DNA of 64,000 nt, taken from contig JBHLRZ010000011.1 in the NCBI GenBank assembly GCA_048882045.1, forward strand, positions 26,778 through 90,777. The letters run 5' to 3'. Shown here one piece after another: positions 1 through 10,560 of the stretch. The notes beneath the pieces are model-generated. The model was not told the DNA's origin and ran no database searches. It saw nothing but the letters and a program-made list of their open reading frames with translations. The position numbers and the translations under genes are program-made. The stretch is from Candidatus Thorarchaeota archaeon. GTDB lineage: Archaea; Asgardarchaeota; Thorarchaeia; Thorarchaeales; Thorarchaeaceae. Each line of letters starts with the position of its first letter. The stretch's first letter is position 1.

Positions 1-1
1 C

Positions 2-2398
2 AAGACTGTCTTTGCAATCATCGTTGATGAGATTCATGACCTTGCAGACAGCAAGAGGGGAACTCAGCTCAGTCTTGGTTTGGAAAGACTTGAACGTGTC
101 ATTGGGAACAGAGTACAACGAGTCGGACTCTCGGCTACAGTTGGGAATCCAAAGGAAGTAGCTGCCCTACTAGGAGGAGCAGGGGAGGTCAAAACAATCT
201 GGGCAGGGTATGACAAGCGTCAGATGGAACTAAGTGTTGTAATGCCGGAACCAACAGACAGTCACAAACAGCTTGCACGGAAACTATCCTATCCCCCACA
301 CTCAGTAGCACGACTCGAAGCCATCGTAGATTTGATCAAGGCTCACCAGTCCGTCATTGTGTTCACTAATACAAGATCCTTCTCAGAAGTCCTTGGAGCA
401 AAGATGCGTGCAGTCAAGCCACCCTATGATTTTGATGTACATCACGGATCTCTCTCTAAAACAGCAAGGCTATCTGCTGAGGACAGGCTGAAGACGGGCG
501 TTTCAAAAGCAATTATTGCAACCTCGAGTCTCGAGCTTGGGATAGATATTGGACAGGCAGACCTAGTGATTCAGTATTCCTCGCCGAGAGAAGTTTCACG
601 AATGCTGCAAAGAAGTGGTCGTTCGGGTCATGGGATTGGCAAGTCCTCAAAGGGCGTGGTTATAGCCACAATGAACCTTGACGATATCACTGAGTCTGGG
701 GTGATTCTAAAAAGAGCCAAACAAAACAAAGTAGAGAACGCTAAGATACCACGAAAATCATGGGACGTTCTTGGTCATCAGATTGCAGGTATTCTGATGG
801 ATGCTGACGAGATTGAGAAGACTGAATTATTGAATATCATCTCCTCAGCATATCCATTCACTCAAGTTTCAATGGAGGAACTAACCAAGCTGGTTGAGTT
901 TCTGCAAGAAAGAAAGGTATTGGAGGCTGAGGGAACAGTTGTGAGAAGAGGCGCAAAAACACGCATTTTCTACTATGATCGACTTAGTACGATACCAGAT
1001 GTTCAACAAGTGAATGCTGTGGACATGACCACACGTACAGCTATTGGTGTACTAGATGAGGACTTTGTGTCAGCCAATGTTGAACGAGGTTCAGTATTTG
1101 TCTTTAGAGGAAGACCTTGGAATGTGGTGAATATTGATGATGACACTGGGGAAGTATTTTGTGCTCCAGCTTCAGGGACGGACAGTGATGCGCCGCGATG
1201 GGTCGGAGAGATGATTCCGGTCCCCTATGAAGTCGCCACTGAAGTGGCAAAGCTATGGAATACTATCTTAGAGAAGGACTCAAAGGCACTCAGCAGATGG
1301 TTGGTTCGAGAATATGGAATTGAAAAACAAGCCCACAAGTATCTCCGTGACACTCTCCAGACAAGCATAGATATACTAGAGAAACTTCCAACTGAAGACC
1401 TGTTTGTGTTAGAAGACTTTGACTCAGGTCTGGTTCTACATGCACCGCTTGGTACAAAGGTCAATGAAACATTGGGGATAGTCATCGCATCTCTCCTGAC
1501 TACCCGGTTCGGGGTCGAAGTAGCTGTAGAGAGAGACCCATACCGTATTCTATTCACAGCAGGTAAACGGATAGATCCACAGTGGATTATTGATGTCTTG
1601 AAAGAGTATTCAGGTCAACAAGTGTCAGTCATTCTTAGACTAGCCATGAAGAACACTCAGAACTTCAGCTCACGATTCATTCAGGTAGCACGACGTATGG
1701 ATGTGGTTCGAAAGGATGCAAAGACAAAGGAGGTTCCTGTCAAGTATCTCATCAAGTCATTTGAAGACTCTCCCGTGTACCAAGAGGCCATGAGAGAGGT
1801 CTTGGACGACAAGATGGATGAGAAGAGGGTCATGGACCTCTTTGATAGATACTCGAAGGGTGAAATTGAGATTCATTCCGTCATAACCAAGGGTCCTTCA
1901 CCTCTGGCCAGATTAATAGTGGAAGAGAAGACCAGATTTGAGGTCATGGGAGAGATCACAGAAGAAGATGAGGTGCTTCGGATGATGGAAGAGCGTCTTC
2001 TCTCCAAGAAGTTCAGATTGGTCTGCATGGCTGAGGGACACTGGAACTCTGTAAGAACTCTCTCCACATTGGATGATACTGTTGCCTGTCCAATTTGTGA
2101 CTCAAAGATGATTGCTGTTACTTCTCCTACGAAGAAAGACATCCCAAAGATAGTAACCAAAAGACAGAGAGGCGAAACACTCACAAAGACAGAGGAAAAA
2201 GAACACAAGGCAGCTTCCCTCACTGCAGAACTAGTGTCGAGATATGGAAAGACAGCACTCATAGTATTAGCGGGAAGAGGTATTGGAGCTACAACTGCTG
2301 CTCGGATACTAAAGCCGAGATTGAAGGACCGACTCGAGATCCTCAAAGAGATTGCCAAGGGAGAACTACAGTATGAGAGAACTCGACAGTACTGGTAG
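2..2398 (+). CDS. lhr: Lhr-family ATP-dependent DEAD/H-box helicase (5' truncated by window edge)
   Basis: Frame open from base 2 with IIVDEIHD, then GLSATVG, VHHGSLS, TSSLELGIDIG, QRSGRSGH; C-terminal Zn ribbon (CPIC). Confidence 0.92.
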   Translation, partial: KTVFAIIVDEIHDLADSKRGTQLSLGLERLERVIGNRVQRVGLSATVGNPKEVAALLGGAGEVKTIWAGYDKRQMELSVVMPEPTDSHKQLARKLSYPPHSVARLEAIVDLIKAHQSVIVFTNTRSFSEVLGAKMRAVKPPYDFDVHHGSLSKTARLSAEDRLKTGVSKAIIATSSLELGIDIGQADLVIQYSSPREVSRMLQRSGRSGHGIGKSSKGVVIATMNLDDITESGVILKRAKQNKVENAKIPRKSWDVLGHQIAGILMDADEIEKTELLNIISSAYPFTQVSMEELTKLVEFLQERKVLEAEGTVVRRGAKTRIFYYDRLSTIPDVQQVNAVDMTTRTAIGVLDEDFVSANVERGSVFVFRGRPWNVVNIDDDTGEVFCAPASGTDSDAPRWVGEMIPVPYEVATEVAKLWNTILEKDSKALSRWLVREYGIEKQAHKYLRDTLQTSIDILEKLPTEDLFVLEDFDSGLVLHAPLGTKVNETLGIVIASLLTTRFGVEVAVERDPYRILFTAGKRIDPQWIIDVLKEYSGQQVSVILRLAMKNTQNFSSRFIQVARRMDVVRKDAKTKEVPVKYLIKSFEDSPVYQEAMREVLDDKMDEKRVMDLFDRYSKGEIEIHSVITKGPSPLARLIVEEKTRFEVMGEITEEDEVLRMMEERLLSKKFRLVCMAEGHWNSVRTLSTLDDTVACPICDSKMIAVTSPTKKDIPKIVTKRQRGETLTKTEEKEHKAASLTAELVSRYGKTALIVLAGRGIGATTAARILKPRLKDRLEILKEIAKGELQYERTRQYW

Positions 2399-2999
2399 AC
2401 CGATGATTGTGTTTGCTGGACGGAGTAATGTGGGAAAAAGCAGCACAATTCGAATTCTCACAGGTAAGAAGGTGCGTATCGGAAAAAAACCCGGAAGTAC
2501 TCGATGGGAGATGATGATTGATTTCGGATCTGTCACTATTGTAGATATACCCGGTTTTGGATTCATGTCGGGTCAAAGCAAGACTATGATAGAAGAAACA
2601 AAAGTCAATATCGTTCAGAAGCTTGAAGAGTGGAGTGAGAATTTAGCATTGTCAGTCCTAATCATCGATATTTCCCTATTCAGAGAATTGTTTGAGAGGT
2701 GGTCATCAAGGGGAGAGATCCCGATTGACGTGGAGTTCTACAGTTTTCTGTCTGAGATTTCTCCGCAAGTAATAGTACTTGCAAACAAGAGTGACAAAGT
2801 GAAAAAGAAGATCCTAAATTCTGAAATACAGTTCTTGAAAGAACAGCTGATGGCGGCTGTGCCGAACAGTGAGCCTAAGGTGATTGTTGCTTCAGCTCAG
2901 AAGAAACATGGGATGAGAGAGCTCACTGATTCTATTGACAAGCTCCTAAAGGAGCAAGGTATTGAAACCCCACATTGGGCTTTCACCGCAACTTCTTGA
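2373..2999 (+). CDS. engB: EngB/YihA-family GTP-binding protein
   Basis: GRSNVGKSS, PGST, DIPGFG, NKSD; ATG at 2373 overlaps lhr end. Confidence 0.88.
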   Translation: MRELDSTGRPMIVFAGRSNVGKSSTIRILTGKKVRIGKKPGSTRWEMMIDFGSVTIVDIPGFGFMSGQSKTMIEETKVNIVQKLEEWSENLALSVLIIDISLFRELFERWSSRGEIPIDVEFYSFLSEISPQVIVLANKSDKVKKKILNSEIQFLKEQLMAAVPNSEPKVIVASAQKKHGMRELTDSIDKLLKEQGIETPHWAFTATS

Positions 3000-4086
3000 A
3001 CAGATAGAACACCACACCTACCGAAAGAACAACTGTTGATATAATCGCGAGAGGAATGATTGCACTGGGTGGTGCGATGAAGTCCTCAGATAACCAATCC
3101 ATGATGTTCATAAAGAGGCGGGAATTATCTCCCATGTAGAACCATTTTAGATCTGTTTCTGGATAGTCTAGGTCTCGTCCTGTGAACATCAGAGCTGATC
3201 CTGCAATCACAATGCGGTTGTTGTTGTATTCAAAAGCTGACATCCATGATGGATAGGTCCCATTGATTGCAGAATAGGAGAGTGGATCTTGTTCGAACTC
3301 CTCCAAGGTCATGTTTGGATGAGAATAGTTGGCCCAGCTGTTGTAATTTAATTTGTACTGAGCAAATGAGCTCTCATATCCTCTGGCAATACTGCTGGCT
3401 AGGTCGATAGGTTTCAGTGTGGAAGTCATCGTATAGATTTCGTTGATGTTTCGGAAGATTGGATGGTTTGTGTCCCAAGTAGTTGAGTCCAAGCGAATCA
3501 TCCAAGAATATGTAGAATTGAACACTGTGTGTTCTTCGTCAAACATCACGTCACTATACATTTCTTCCAGCCCAGGATTTGTTACATTCAAGCTAAATCG
3601 AACGCCAGTGACATTTAATGCATCAAGTAATCTGTTGATTCCCTGATTATCACCCATGTCTTGCATGAGTGCCTCTGCCCAGTATGTTGAATCTTCGTTG
3701 ATGTTTGGATTCCCTAGAACAAAGAGGGAACTTCCATTTGCGAGCATTTCTGAAATGCTTGTGGTTTCAGTTGCAGAGAAAGGATTGTCTTCGTCAGGAG
3801 CAGCTATGATGAGTACATCGACATCGTTGAGTAGGGATTCGGTAAGTTCATCGTCCTCATTTATGCGAAGGTCGTACTTTGTAGAAGCGTTTACCAAATC
3901 GAGCATCAGCTTCAGGCCTATATTCTCGTCATCCCCAGCAAACTGCTGACCATGGCTATCATCATAGAGTATGACCACGGGATCCAAATTGGACTGAGCA
4001 CTCACTATGCCCTGTAGACTTGAGAGGAGAATCATTGTAGTGACAACTGTTGCTAATACTCGTGTAGTATTCCTCAAGTGTTTCAT
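2983..4086 (-). CDS. Secreted, membrane-anchored protein (GATase-like/DUF4350-type fold)
   Basis: Signal peptide, ILYDDSHGQ, DVLIIAAP, C-terminal TM helix plus KKLR. Confidence 0.6.
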   Translation of the reverse strand: MKHLRNTTRVLATVVTTMILLSSLQGIVSAQSNLDPVVILYDDSHGQQFAGDDENIGLKLMLDLVNASTKYDLRINEDDELTESLLNDVDVLIIAAPDEDNPFSATETTSISEMLANGSSLFVLGNPNINEDSTYWAEALMQDMGDNQGINRLLDALNVTGVRFSLNVTNPGLEEMYSDVMFDEEHTVFNSTYSWMIRLDSTTWDTNHPIFRNINEIYTMTSTLKPIDLASSIARGYESSFAQYKLNYNSWANYSHPNMTLEEFEQDPLSYSAINGTYPSWMSAFEYNNNRIVIAGSALMFTGRDLDYPETDLKWFYMGDNSRLFMNIMDWLSEDFIAPPSAIIPLAIISTVVLSVGVVFYLFKKLR

Positions 4087-4168
4087 TTAGATTGACACAA
4101 CCTTTAGGCTCAGTCAGCGTGCCTGACCCTAGGCCGTGTTTTAAAGTTATCTTCAGAACCATTCAGTT

Positions 4169-4561
4169 TCAGTCAGTCCGACGCCACTCAACGAACAGCT
4201 GTCGACGTTCAGTATCTGTGGATTCTTTCGGCCTATACTGCTTACGAATTTCAGCAATTCGTTGCGCTAGAAGATGATAGCACATTGTGACCTCACGAGA
4301 GATGACAACCTCTTGGTAGAAGCTCCTACAGGTGCAATAAAGATCAGGGACTACGAGATACTCCCTACGCCCCTCCACAGTCCATGTTTCTGACTCGCTG
4401 GGAAGAAACCGATACTTGACTACCTTGCCCTTTTCTACTGCTCTGAGAGCACGAATGAACTTCTTACCGTATTTGTTCCTGAAGAACTCAATATCGTCCT
4501 GTGTGAGGTCATCTTTTGATAGTCTAGTGACTTCAGGTTGTGAAAGGACCATGATTCTCAC
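4169..4561 (-). CDS. SWIM zinc-finger protein
   Basis: CTC...CYH SWIM motif. Confidence 0.8.
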   Translation of the reverse strand: MRIMVLSQPEVTRLSKDDLTQDDIEFFRNKYGKKFIRALRAVEKGKVVKYRFLPSESETWTVEGRREYLVVPDLYCTCRSFYQEVVISREVTMCYHLLAQRIAEIRKQYRPKESTDTERRQLFVEWRRTD

Positions 4562-4616
4562 TCAAAGTTGAGGTATCACGATGTTAAAATGTTGTATATT
4601 AGATATCGAACCACCA

Positions 4617-5486
4617 ATGGAGTCTATTTTCGAAGACAGGGGTATGACCATCAAGTGGAGTGACAGGACAGTCCTACTGATATCAGACATCCATCTCGGT
4701 TTTGAGGTGTCTGTTTCTCAGGAGAAAGGAGTCGAATTTCCTCCTCAGTACCCCGTTATTCTCAAGAGGATAGAGAGTCTGATTAAGAAACACAGCGCGT
4801 CACATCTGTACATCATTGGTGATGTAAAACACTCCATATTCACTGATGATTACTCTAATTGGGAAATCATTCCCGAGTTCATGGAAGGACTGACAAAGAT
4901 AGTAGAAACTACTATCATTCCTGGTAACCATGATGGTGTTCTCGAACCACTCCTACCACGTACTGTCACACTCACAGATGTACATGGGATTGCATTGGGA
5001 TCAAAAGAAGAATCTGTGGGACTTTTTCACGGACATACATGGCCTTCACATGAAGTTCTGGATACAAAGATGATTGTTGTAGGACATAATCATCCGACGG
5101 TTCGACGATTGAGAGATGCTTCAGTCCCAGAAATAGGTCGTTCATCAAGGAAACGATTAGGTAGAATCATTCCAGTAATCGTTCAGTCCAAACTGGACAA
5201 GAACTGTGCGAGGCGGAACATGGGTATATTGGAGAATCTAGATGACACTGTGTGTACAGTTGTCACGCTCCCGAGTTTCAACGAGTTGTTTGCTGGTATG
5301 CCAATCAATCAACCCTCATCGAATTTTCATGGTCCACTCTTTGAGAACATGTGTGTGAATCTACCCGAGTCAGAAGTGTACAGCATAGACGGCCTGTTCC
5401 TTGGATCTATTGATTGGTTAAGAAACCGGTCCAACGAAATGATTAAATCCAAAGCTAAGGGGACTGACTCCGAGAAGGGTCGGTAG
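4617..5486 (+). CDS. Metallophosphoesterase (ICC-like, often Lhr-associated)
   Basis: SDIHLG, IGDVKH, PGNHD, HGH, GHNHP; last 10 nt overlap tRNA-Pro. Confidence 0.88.
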   Translation: MESIFEDRGMTIKWSDRTVLLISDIHLGFEVSVSQEKGVEFPPQYPVILKRIESLIKKHSASHLYIIGDVKHSIFTDDYSNWEIIPEFMEGLTKIVETTIIPGNHDGVLEPLLPRTVTLTDVHGIALGSKEESVGLFHGHTWPSHEVLDTKMIVVGHNHPTVRRLRDASVPEIGRSSRKRLGRIIPVIVQSKLDKNCARRNMGILENLDDTVCTVVTLPSFNELFAGMPINQPSSNFHGPLFENMCVNLPESEVYSIDGLFLGSIDWLRNRSNEMIKSKAKGTDSEKGR

Positions 5487-5553
5487 TCTAGATTGGTATG
5501 ATTCTTGGTTCGGATCCAAGAGGTCGCGAGTTCAAATCTCGTCCGGCCCACCA
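5477..5553 (+). tRNA. tRNA-Pro(CGG)
   Basis: GGGTCGG/CCGGCCC acceptor, CTTGG-TTCGGAT-CCAAG anticodon arm, GTTCAAATC T loop, encoded CCA, T-run downstream. Confidence 0.9.
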
Positions 5554-5571
5554 TTTTTCTTCTTCGAAACT

Positions 5572-6060
5572 TTACAGTAGTGAGTGTAGGATGATTGCAG
5601 CTGTGCCAGAAGGGCCAATGTCGACTCGAGCATCTAGACTGTGACAATCACCCAAATCCATCTCCTTACGAGAGAATGAGCTGTTGCTTCCCGAAAGGAA
5701 AATACCGATTCTCTCTCCAGATTTTACTGTTTCAGAGAGTTTGGCAAAGTCGAGACGTTCTTTGACAAGTACAGGAGACACGATGAACACAGGATGCTCT
5801 ATCTTCAGAACATCCAACACATCCTTGAGATCAGGTAATACCATGAAGTTGCTCTTCATCTTCATTGCGAGTCTATTCGCATCTGGTACTCCAGCCTGTG
5901 CAGCTGAACCTTCAGCCTTAGAAACAACAAAATTGGGGAACCCTAGTCCGTACACTACCTGTGCAGTTTCGATCGTCTTTGAAGCAGAATGTACGTTATG
6001 AAGGACTACGTAGATGTTCTTGAGTGATTCGTCCAAGATATGCACCAACCTCCTGTGCAA
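5572..6060 (-). CDS. SPOUT-like archaeal protein (COG4080, often annotated RecB-family nuclease)
   Basis: VVLHNVHS...VVSKAEGSAAQAGVP...DIGPSG pattern; start uncertain. Confidence 0.65.
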   Translation of the reverse strand: MHRRLVHILDESLKNIYVVLHNVHSASKTIETAQVVYGLGFPNFVVSKAEGSAAQAGVPDANRLAMKMKSNFMVLPDLKDVLDVLKIEHPVFIVSPVLVKERLDFAKLSETVKSGERIGIFLSGSNSSFSRKEMDLGDCHSLDARVDIGPSGTAAIILHSLL

Positions 6061-6994
6061 TTAGCTGGGATATGAGAGGAGGAACACTCTCACCCACTTG
6101 ATTGTATTGGCTGTCGATTGGACCATTAAATGTGAATGTGTCAGGGTAACTCATGAGTCTTGCGTGTTCTCTGACAGTCAGAATTCTGTTCTCGTATGGA
6201 TGTATATAACGGGACAGGCCATTGATTGATGTTGACACACGGTCTGGAAAGAGCCGGACCCAGTTAGGGAGAGTCCTTGTCTTTGATGCACGGAAGAATC
6301 TGGCGCCTTGTCCCCACCGAGTCTTACGAACAGCCTTCAGTCTGTCATCCGATAATGGATAGATTGAATGATTGGGACTAGTTTCATGTGGGTTAAGAAT
6401 ATGTTCTGGACCCAGAGGTGGGAGGTCTCCTATCGATTCCATTACTGTTGGTGCTGTCTTTCGTGGTAGGTTCAACTTGATATTGCTGATGAATACTCTC
6501 AGACGCTTCGATGGATTGCCATTTTGATGAGCTCTGACCATGTTGAAATGTACAGTATCAAATCCCACTCGTCTAAACTCGCGCAGGATGATCTCATCAC
6601 CACCGAATTGGAGAATTGCAGCAACATTTTCGATCACAAAGACCTTAGGAGATAAGTCTCCAATGATTCTAATACTGTCCAGTAGTAATTTAGCTGTACC
6701 CTCTCCATAGATACGTTCTGCAGAAGGTCTTTGGCTTTCTGGATTTGCCTTGCTGAATTCTTCACATGGAGGAGATGCGATGATAATGTCTGGAGCCCCA
6801 CTCAATTTTTCCTCAATCTGGATTGAGTGGAGGTCATGGATGTCCGTATTCCAGACCTTAGCACGAGGATAATTCAAACTATATGTTTTAAGGGCTGAGG
6901 AATCCATGTCTATTGAAAGATGGTCGTTCTTAGAGAGAGCTGTGAACCCATGGGAGAATCCACCTGCACCACAGAATAGGTCAAGAATCTTCAT
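5996..6994 (-). CDS. dcm: DNA (cytosine-5)-methyltransferase
   Basis: DLFCGAGG, SPPC, ENV, R-R motif, LTVREHARLMSYPD, QVGESVPP. Confidence 0.92.
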   Translation of the reverse strand: MKILDLFCGAGGFSHGFTALSKNDHLSIDMDSSALKTYSLNYPRAKVWNTDIHDLHSIQIEEKLSGAPDIIIASPPCEEFSKANPESQRPSAERIYGEGTAKLLLDSIRIIGDLSPKVFVIENVAAILQFGGDEIILREFRRVGFDTVHFNMVRAHQNGNPSKRLRVFISNIKLNLPRKTAPTVMESIGDLPPLGPEHILNPHETSPNHSIYPLSDDRLKAVRKTRWGQGARFFRASKTRTLPNWVRLFPDRVSTSINGLSRYIHPYENRILTVREHARLMSYPDTFTFNGPIDSQYNQVGESVPPLISQLIAQEVGAYLGRITQEHLRSPS

Positions 6995-7109
6995 TCATAC
7001 TTCCTCAGTTCAATTTCATTGCACCTATCGCCGATTATAACAATGTCGAAGGAAGAGTTCAAAAGTACCGTATATCTAGCCGGCTATTAAGCTGTGACGG
7101 TGAGTGAGA

Positions 7110-8054
7110 ATGGGATTTGGTTCTGGAAAAGGAAAAACCATCCTGTTTGGAGAGCACTTTGTAGTCTATGGACTTCCTGCTCTCGCTGCAGGAATTGCGG
7201 CAGAAACTACAGCAAAGGTGACACGAGTCCGATCCATAGGATGGAAGCTCGTAGACAATCGACCTGCTATGCCTGGATACAAGGAGAAAAAGTATGAGGA
7301 ACAGAAGCAATCGATTGAGAATATGTTGAAGCACCTCAACATTGACACCACAAAGTTGGGATTCCAGATTGATTTAGGAGGAAACCTTGTCTGTGCCTCT
7401 GGTATTGGAGCCAGTGCGGCAAGTTGTGTAGCAATTGCTAGGGCTCTCAGTGACGACTTTTCACTCGATCTCAAAGATGAACAAATCAATGAAACTGCGT
7501 ATATTGGTGAAATGGGATATCATGGGACCCCATCAGGTCTTGACAACACAGCTTCTACCTATGGAGGGCTTGTCTGGTTTGAGCGAAACTTGGGTGGAGG
7601 AGCACCTAGATTCGAGAGTTTAAAGCTTGAGAAACCAATGCATCTTGTGATTGCGTCTACAGGCATTACTGCAAGTACCAAAGTGGTTGTAGGAGATGTC
7701 AGAGCAAAGAAAGACGCTGATCCAGACTGGTTTGATGCTATTTCAAAAGAATACACTCAGTTGGTACATGATGCAAAGGATGCACTGCTGAAGTTGGACA
7801 CAGCCAAAGTAGGGACTCTAATGGACAAAAATCATGATTTATTGAAGCAACTGACAGTTTCTTGTAGAGAACTGGACGTTTTAGTTACTATTGCAAGACA
7901 GAATGGTGCTGTTGGATCAAAAATGACAGGAACCGGTAGAGGAGGAAACATGATTGCACTTGCTCCTGACGAAGCTACAATGAATCAGATAGCTGTTGCC
8001 TTAGAAAAAGACGGCAAGGCAGCAGGGGTGTGGACCACATCATTTGGACTTTGA
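7110..8054 (+). CDS. mvk: Mevalonate kinase
   Basis: KTILFGEHFVVYG, GIGASAA, HGTPSGLD, KMTGTGRGG. Confidence 0.92.
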   Translation: MGFGSGKGKTILFGEHFVVYGLPALAAGIAAETTAKVTRVRSIGWKLVDNRPAMPGYKEKKYEEQKQSIENMLKHLNIDTTKLGFQIDLGGNLVCASGIGASAASCVAIARALSDDFSLDLKDEQINETAYIGEMGYHGTPSGLDNTASTYGGLVWFERNLGGGAPRFESLKLEKPMHLVIASTGITASTKVVVGDVRAKKDADPDWFDAISKEYTQLVHDAKDALLKLDTAKVGTLMDKNHDLLKQLTVSCRELDVLVTIARQNGAVGSKMTGTGRGGNMIALAPDEATMNQIAVALEKDGKAAGVWTTSFGL

Positions 8055-8063
8055 GGTGAGGTT

Positions 8064-9371
8064 ATGATACTTGAGGAGTACATCAAGATACTGCAGCAAA
8101 AAGAGAAAATCACTACAATAAACAAGAGCATCTCAAGAAACTTAGAGATTGCAGGTGTGTTAAAGACACTTGAACCAACACCTGTGTTGTTCGAGAATGT
8201 GAAGGAGAGTGAGTTTCGGGTTGCCGGAAATCTGTTCTGTAACAAAGCACAGGTTGCAGAGTATTTTGGAATAACAACTGAAGAGATTATTCCAACCTTG
8301 GCAAAAGCGATTGAAAACCGCAGTAAACCTGAAGAAACTGAGAAAGCTCCATGTCAAGAGGTTGTAGAAGATAGTGTGAATCTTGACAAGATTCCAATCT
8401 TGATTCACAACGAGGTGGACGGAGGGCCATATATCTCATCAGGAGTTGTAGTCGCAGCGGACCCTGAATTTGGGCAGAACCTCGATTTTCATAGAGCTAT
8501 GCAGATTGGAAAAGACCGAATGGTTGCTAGAGTAGTAAGAGGACGGGATTTTCACAAATTTCTAGAACGCAATGGTGAGGTGGATGTGGCTTTCTGTATT
8601 GGAAACACTCCAGAGATCTTAGTCGCAGCAGCAACCTCTGTAGAAACGGGTATTGATGAACTAGAGATAGCGAACGCTCTGAAACCGATAAGACTGACCA
8701 AAGCCAAGACTGTTGATTTGATGATTCCTGCAGATTCCGAGTTTGTACTTGAGGGAAGAATATACTTGGAGGAGAAACACGCGGAAGGACCTTTCATTGA
8801 TCTGACTGAAACCGTCGATGTCATTCGTGAAGAACCTATCGTTGAAGTGAAGAAGATAACCCATAGAAAGACAGCCATATGGCAGGGTCTTCTACCTGGA
8901 CGCTCTGAGCACAAGATTCTGATGGGAATGCCCCGAGAACCTACAGTTTTCAAGAAGATCAAAGAAAGAGGCATCAACGTTCTCGACGTCTATATCACAC
9001 CCGGAGGCGCAAGCTGGCTGCATGTCGCAATAAAGATACAGAAGAAGAACGATGATGATGGTCTTCAAGCTCTTGAGGCTGCATTCGCAGGGCACAAGAG
9101 CGCAAAACACGTCTGGGTCTATGATGAGGATATTGATATCTATTCAGAAGAAGAACGCGAATGGGCCATGGCAACAAGATTTCAAGCTGATGTAGACCTA
9201 CTCATAAAAGATCCAGAACCTGGTAGTTCACTCGACCCGAGTGCAGAACCCGGGACCAAGCTGACAACAAAGTGTGGGTTTGATTGTACCAAAGTGTTAG
9301 ATTCAAAGGGAAAGAGCTTTGCAAAAGCAAAGTTCCCAGAAGTCGACCTGAAGAAGTTTCTAGGTGATTGA
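8064..9371 (+). CDS. UbiD-family decarboxylase, probable anhydromevalonate phosphate decarboxylase
   Basis: DGGPYI, EFVLEG, EGPF, WAMATRFQ, SSLDPS; operon context. Confidence 0.85.
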   Translation: MILEEYIKILQQKEKITTINKSISRNLEIAGVLKTLEPTPVLFENVKESEFRVAGNLFCNKAQVAEYFGITTEEIIPTLAKAIENRSKPEETEKAPCQEVVEDSVNLDKIPILIHNEVDGGPYISSGVVVAADPEFGQNLDFHRAMQIGKDRMVARVVRGRDFHKFLERNGEVDVAFCIGNTPEILVAAATSVETGIDELEIANALKPIRLTKAKTVDLMIPADSEFVLEGRIYLEEKHAEGPFIDLTETVDVIREEPIVEVKKITHRKTAIWQGLLPGRSEHKILMGMPREPTVFKKIKERGINVLDVYITPGGASWLHVAIKIQKKNDDDGLQALEAAFAGHKSAKHVWVYDEDIDIYSEEEREWAMATRFQADVDLLIKDPEPGSSLDPSAEPGTKLTTKCGFDCTKVLDSKGKSFAKAKFPEVDLKKFLGD

Positions 9372-9372
9372 G

Positions 9373-10560
9373 ATGGGACTAGATTTGACCAAAGAAGAGA
9401 GGGAAATGCTTGACGGAAAGCATGGAAAAGCGACCAAGAAGGCCATGGAAATCATTACAACTCTTGGAGAGATCTACGGAGCAAAGAAACTCATTCCAGT
9501 TTCGAGTGTCCAAATAGCAGGAGTGTCTTATCATAATCTTGGAGAAGCTGGTCTCGAATATCTTGATGAGATGGCTGAAGATGGGCGTACTATGGTACTT
9601 ACCACCTTGAATCCAGCAGGAATGGACCTTGAGGAGTGGAAAAAGCATGGAATTAGTGAGGATTTTGCTAAAAACCAGCAAAGAGTAGTAGATGCATTCG
9701 AGAAGATGGGCGTAGTCACAACCTGTACATGCACTCCGTATCTAATTGGCAACCTGCCACACTTTGGAGAACACATTGCCTGGGCAGAGTCATCTGCTGT
9801 ATGTTTCTCGAATTCAGTCATTGGTGCTCTCACGAATCGAGAGGGGGGTCCGAGTGCACTTGCATCAGCCTTGACTGGCAGGACTGCAGAATATGGCCTT
9901 CATCTTCAAGAGAACAGGGTTGCTCAAGTCAAGTATGAGGTTCAAACAGGACTGACCAATACTGATGACTTTGGACTTCTTGGTTATGTAATTGGTGAAA
10001 GGACAGGCAAGACCATTCCTTACATTGCTGGTGTGGAAAAGGCAACAACTGAAGAACTGAAGTCATTCAGCGCTTCTGTTGCTACATATGGAGGAGTGGC
10101 GATTTTCCATATGGAGGGATTCACACCAAACAGAACTACAATCCCAGACAAGACCGAGATAATCACAAAGGATGACTTGGAAAAAGCGAGAATCCAACTT
10201 GACGATGAGGATGCTGATATTGATTTCATAAGTGTCGGATGTCCTCATGCAAGTATCAAAGAAATTGGTCGCATTGCAGAGATGCTTGATGGAAAGAAAG
10301 TGACAGACGGAAAAACTGTCTGGATTACGACTGCCAAACCGACAAAGGATCTAGCTATGAAGATGGGATATTACGATAAGATTGAGAAGGCAGGAGCTTT
10401 CCTTGTGGCTGACGCATGTTGCGCTGTTGCACCTCTCAAAGGCAAGTTCAGCGGTTTGATGACGGATTCAGCCAAAGCTTGTTTCTATGCACGAGGAAAG
10501 AACAGCTTCAAGACTGAGATACGAACAGTAGAAGAGTGCATACAGGAGGCGATTTCGTAA
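9373..10560 (+). CDS. Aconitase X large subunit, probable phosphomevalonate dehydratase large subunit
   Basis: TCTCTPY, WAESSAV, TNREGGPSAL, GCPH, TDSAK. Confidence 0.88.
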   Translation: MGLDLTKEEREMLDGKHGKATKKAMEIITTLGEIYGAKKLIPVSSVQIAGVSYHNLGEAGLEYLDEMAEDGRTMVLTTLNPAGMDLEEWKKHGISEDFAKNQQRVVDAFEKMGVVTTCTCTPYLIGNLPHFGEHIAWAESSAVCFSNSVIGALTNREGGPSALASALTGRTAEYGLHLQENRVAQVKYEVQTGLTNTDDFGLLGYVIGERTGKTIPYIAGVEKATTEELKSFSASVATYGGVAIFHMEGFTPNRTTIPDKTEIITKDDLEKARIQLDDEDADIDFISVGCPHASIKEIGRIAEMLDGKKVTDGKTVWITTAKPTKDLAMKMGYYDKIEKAGAFLVADACCAVAPLKGKFSGLMTDSAKACFYARGKNSFKTEIRTVEECIQEAIS

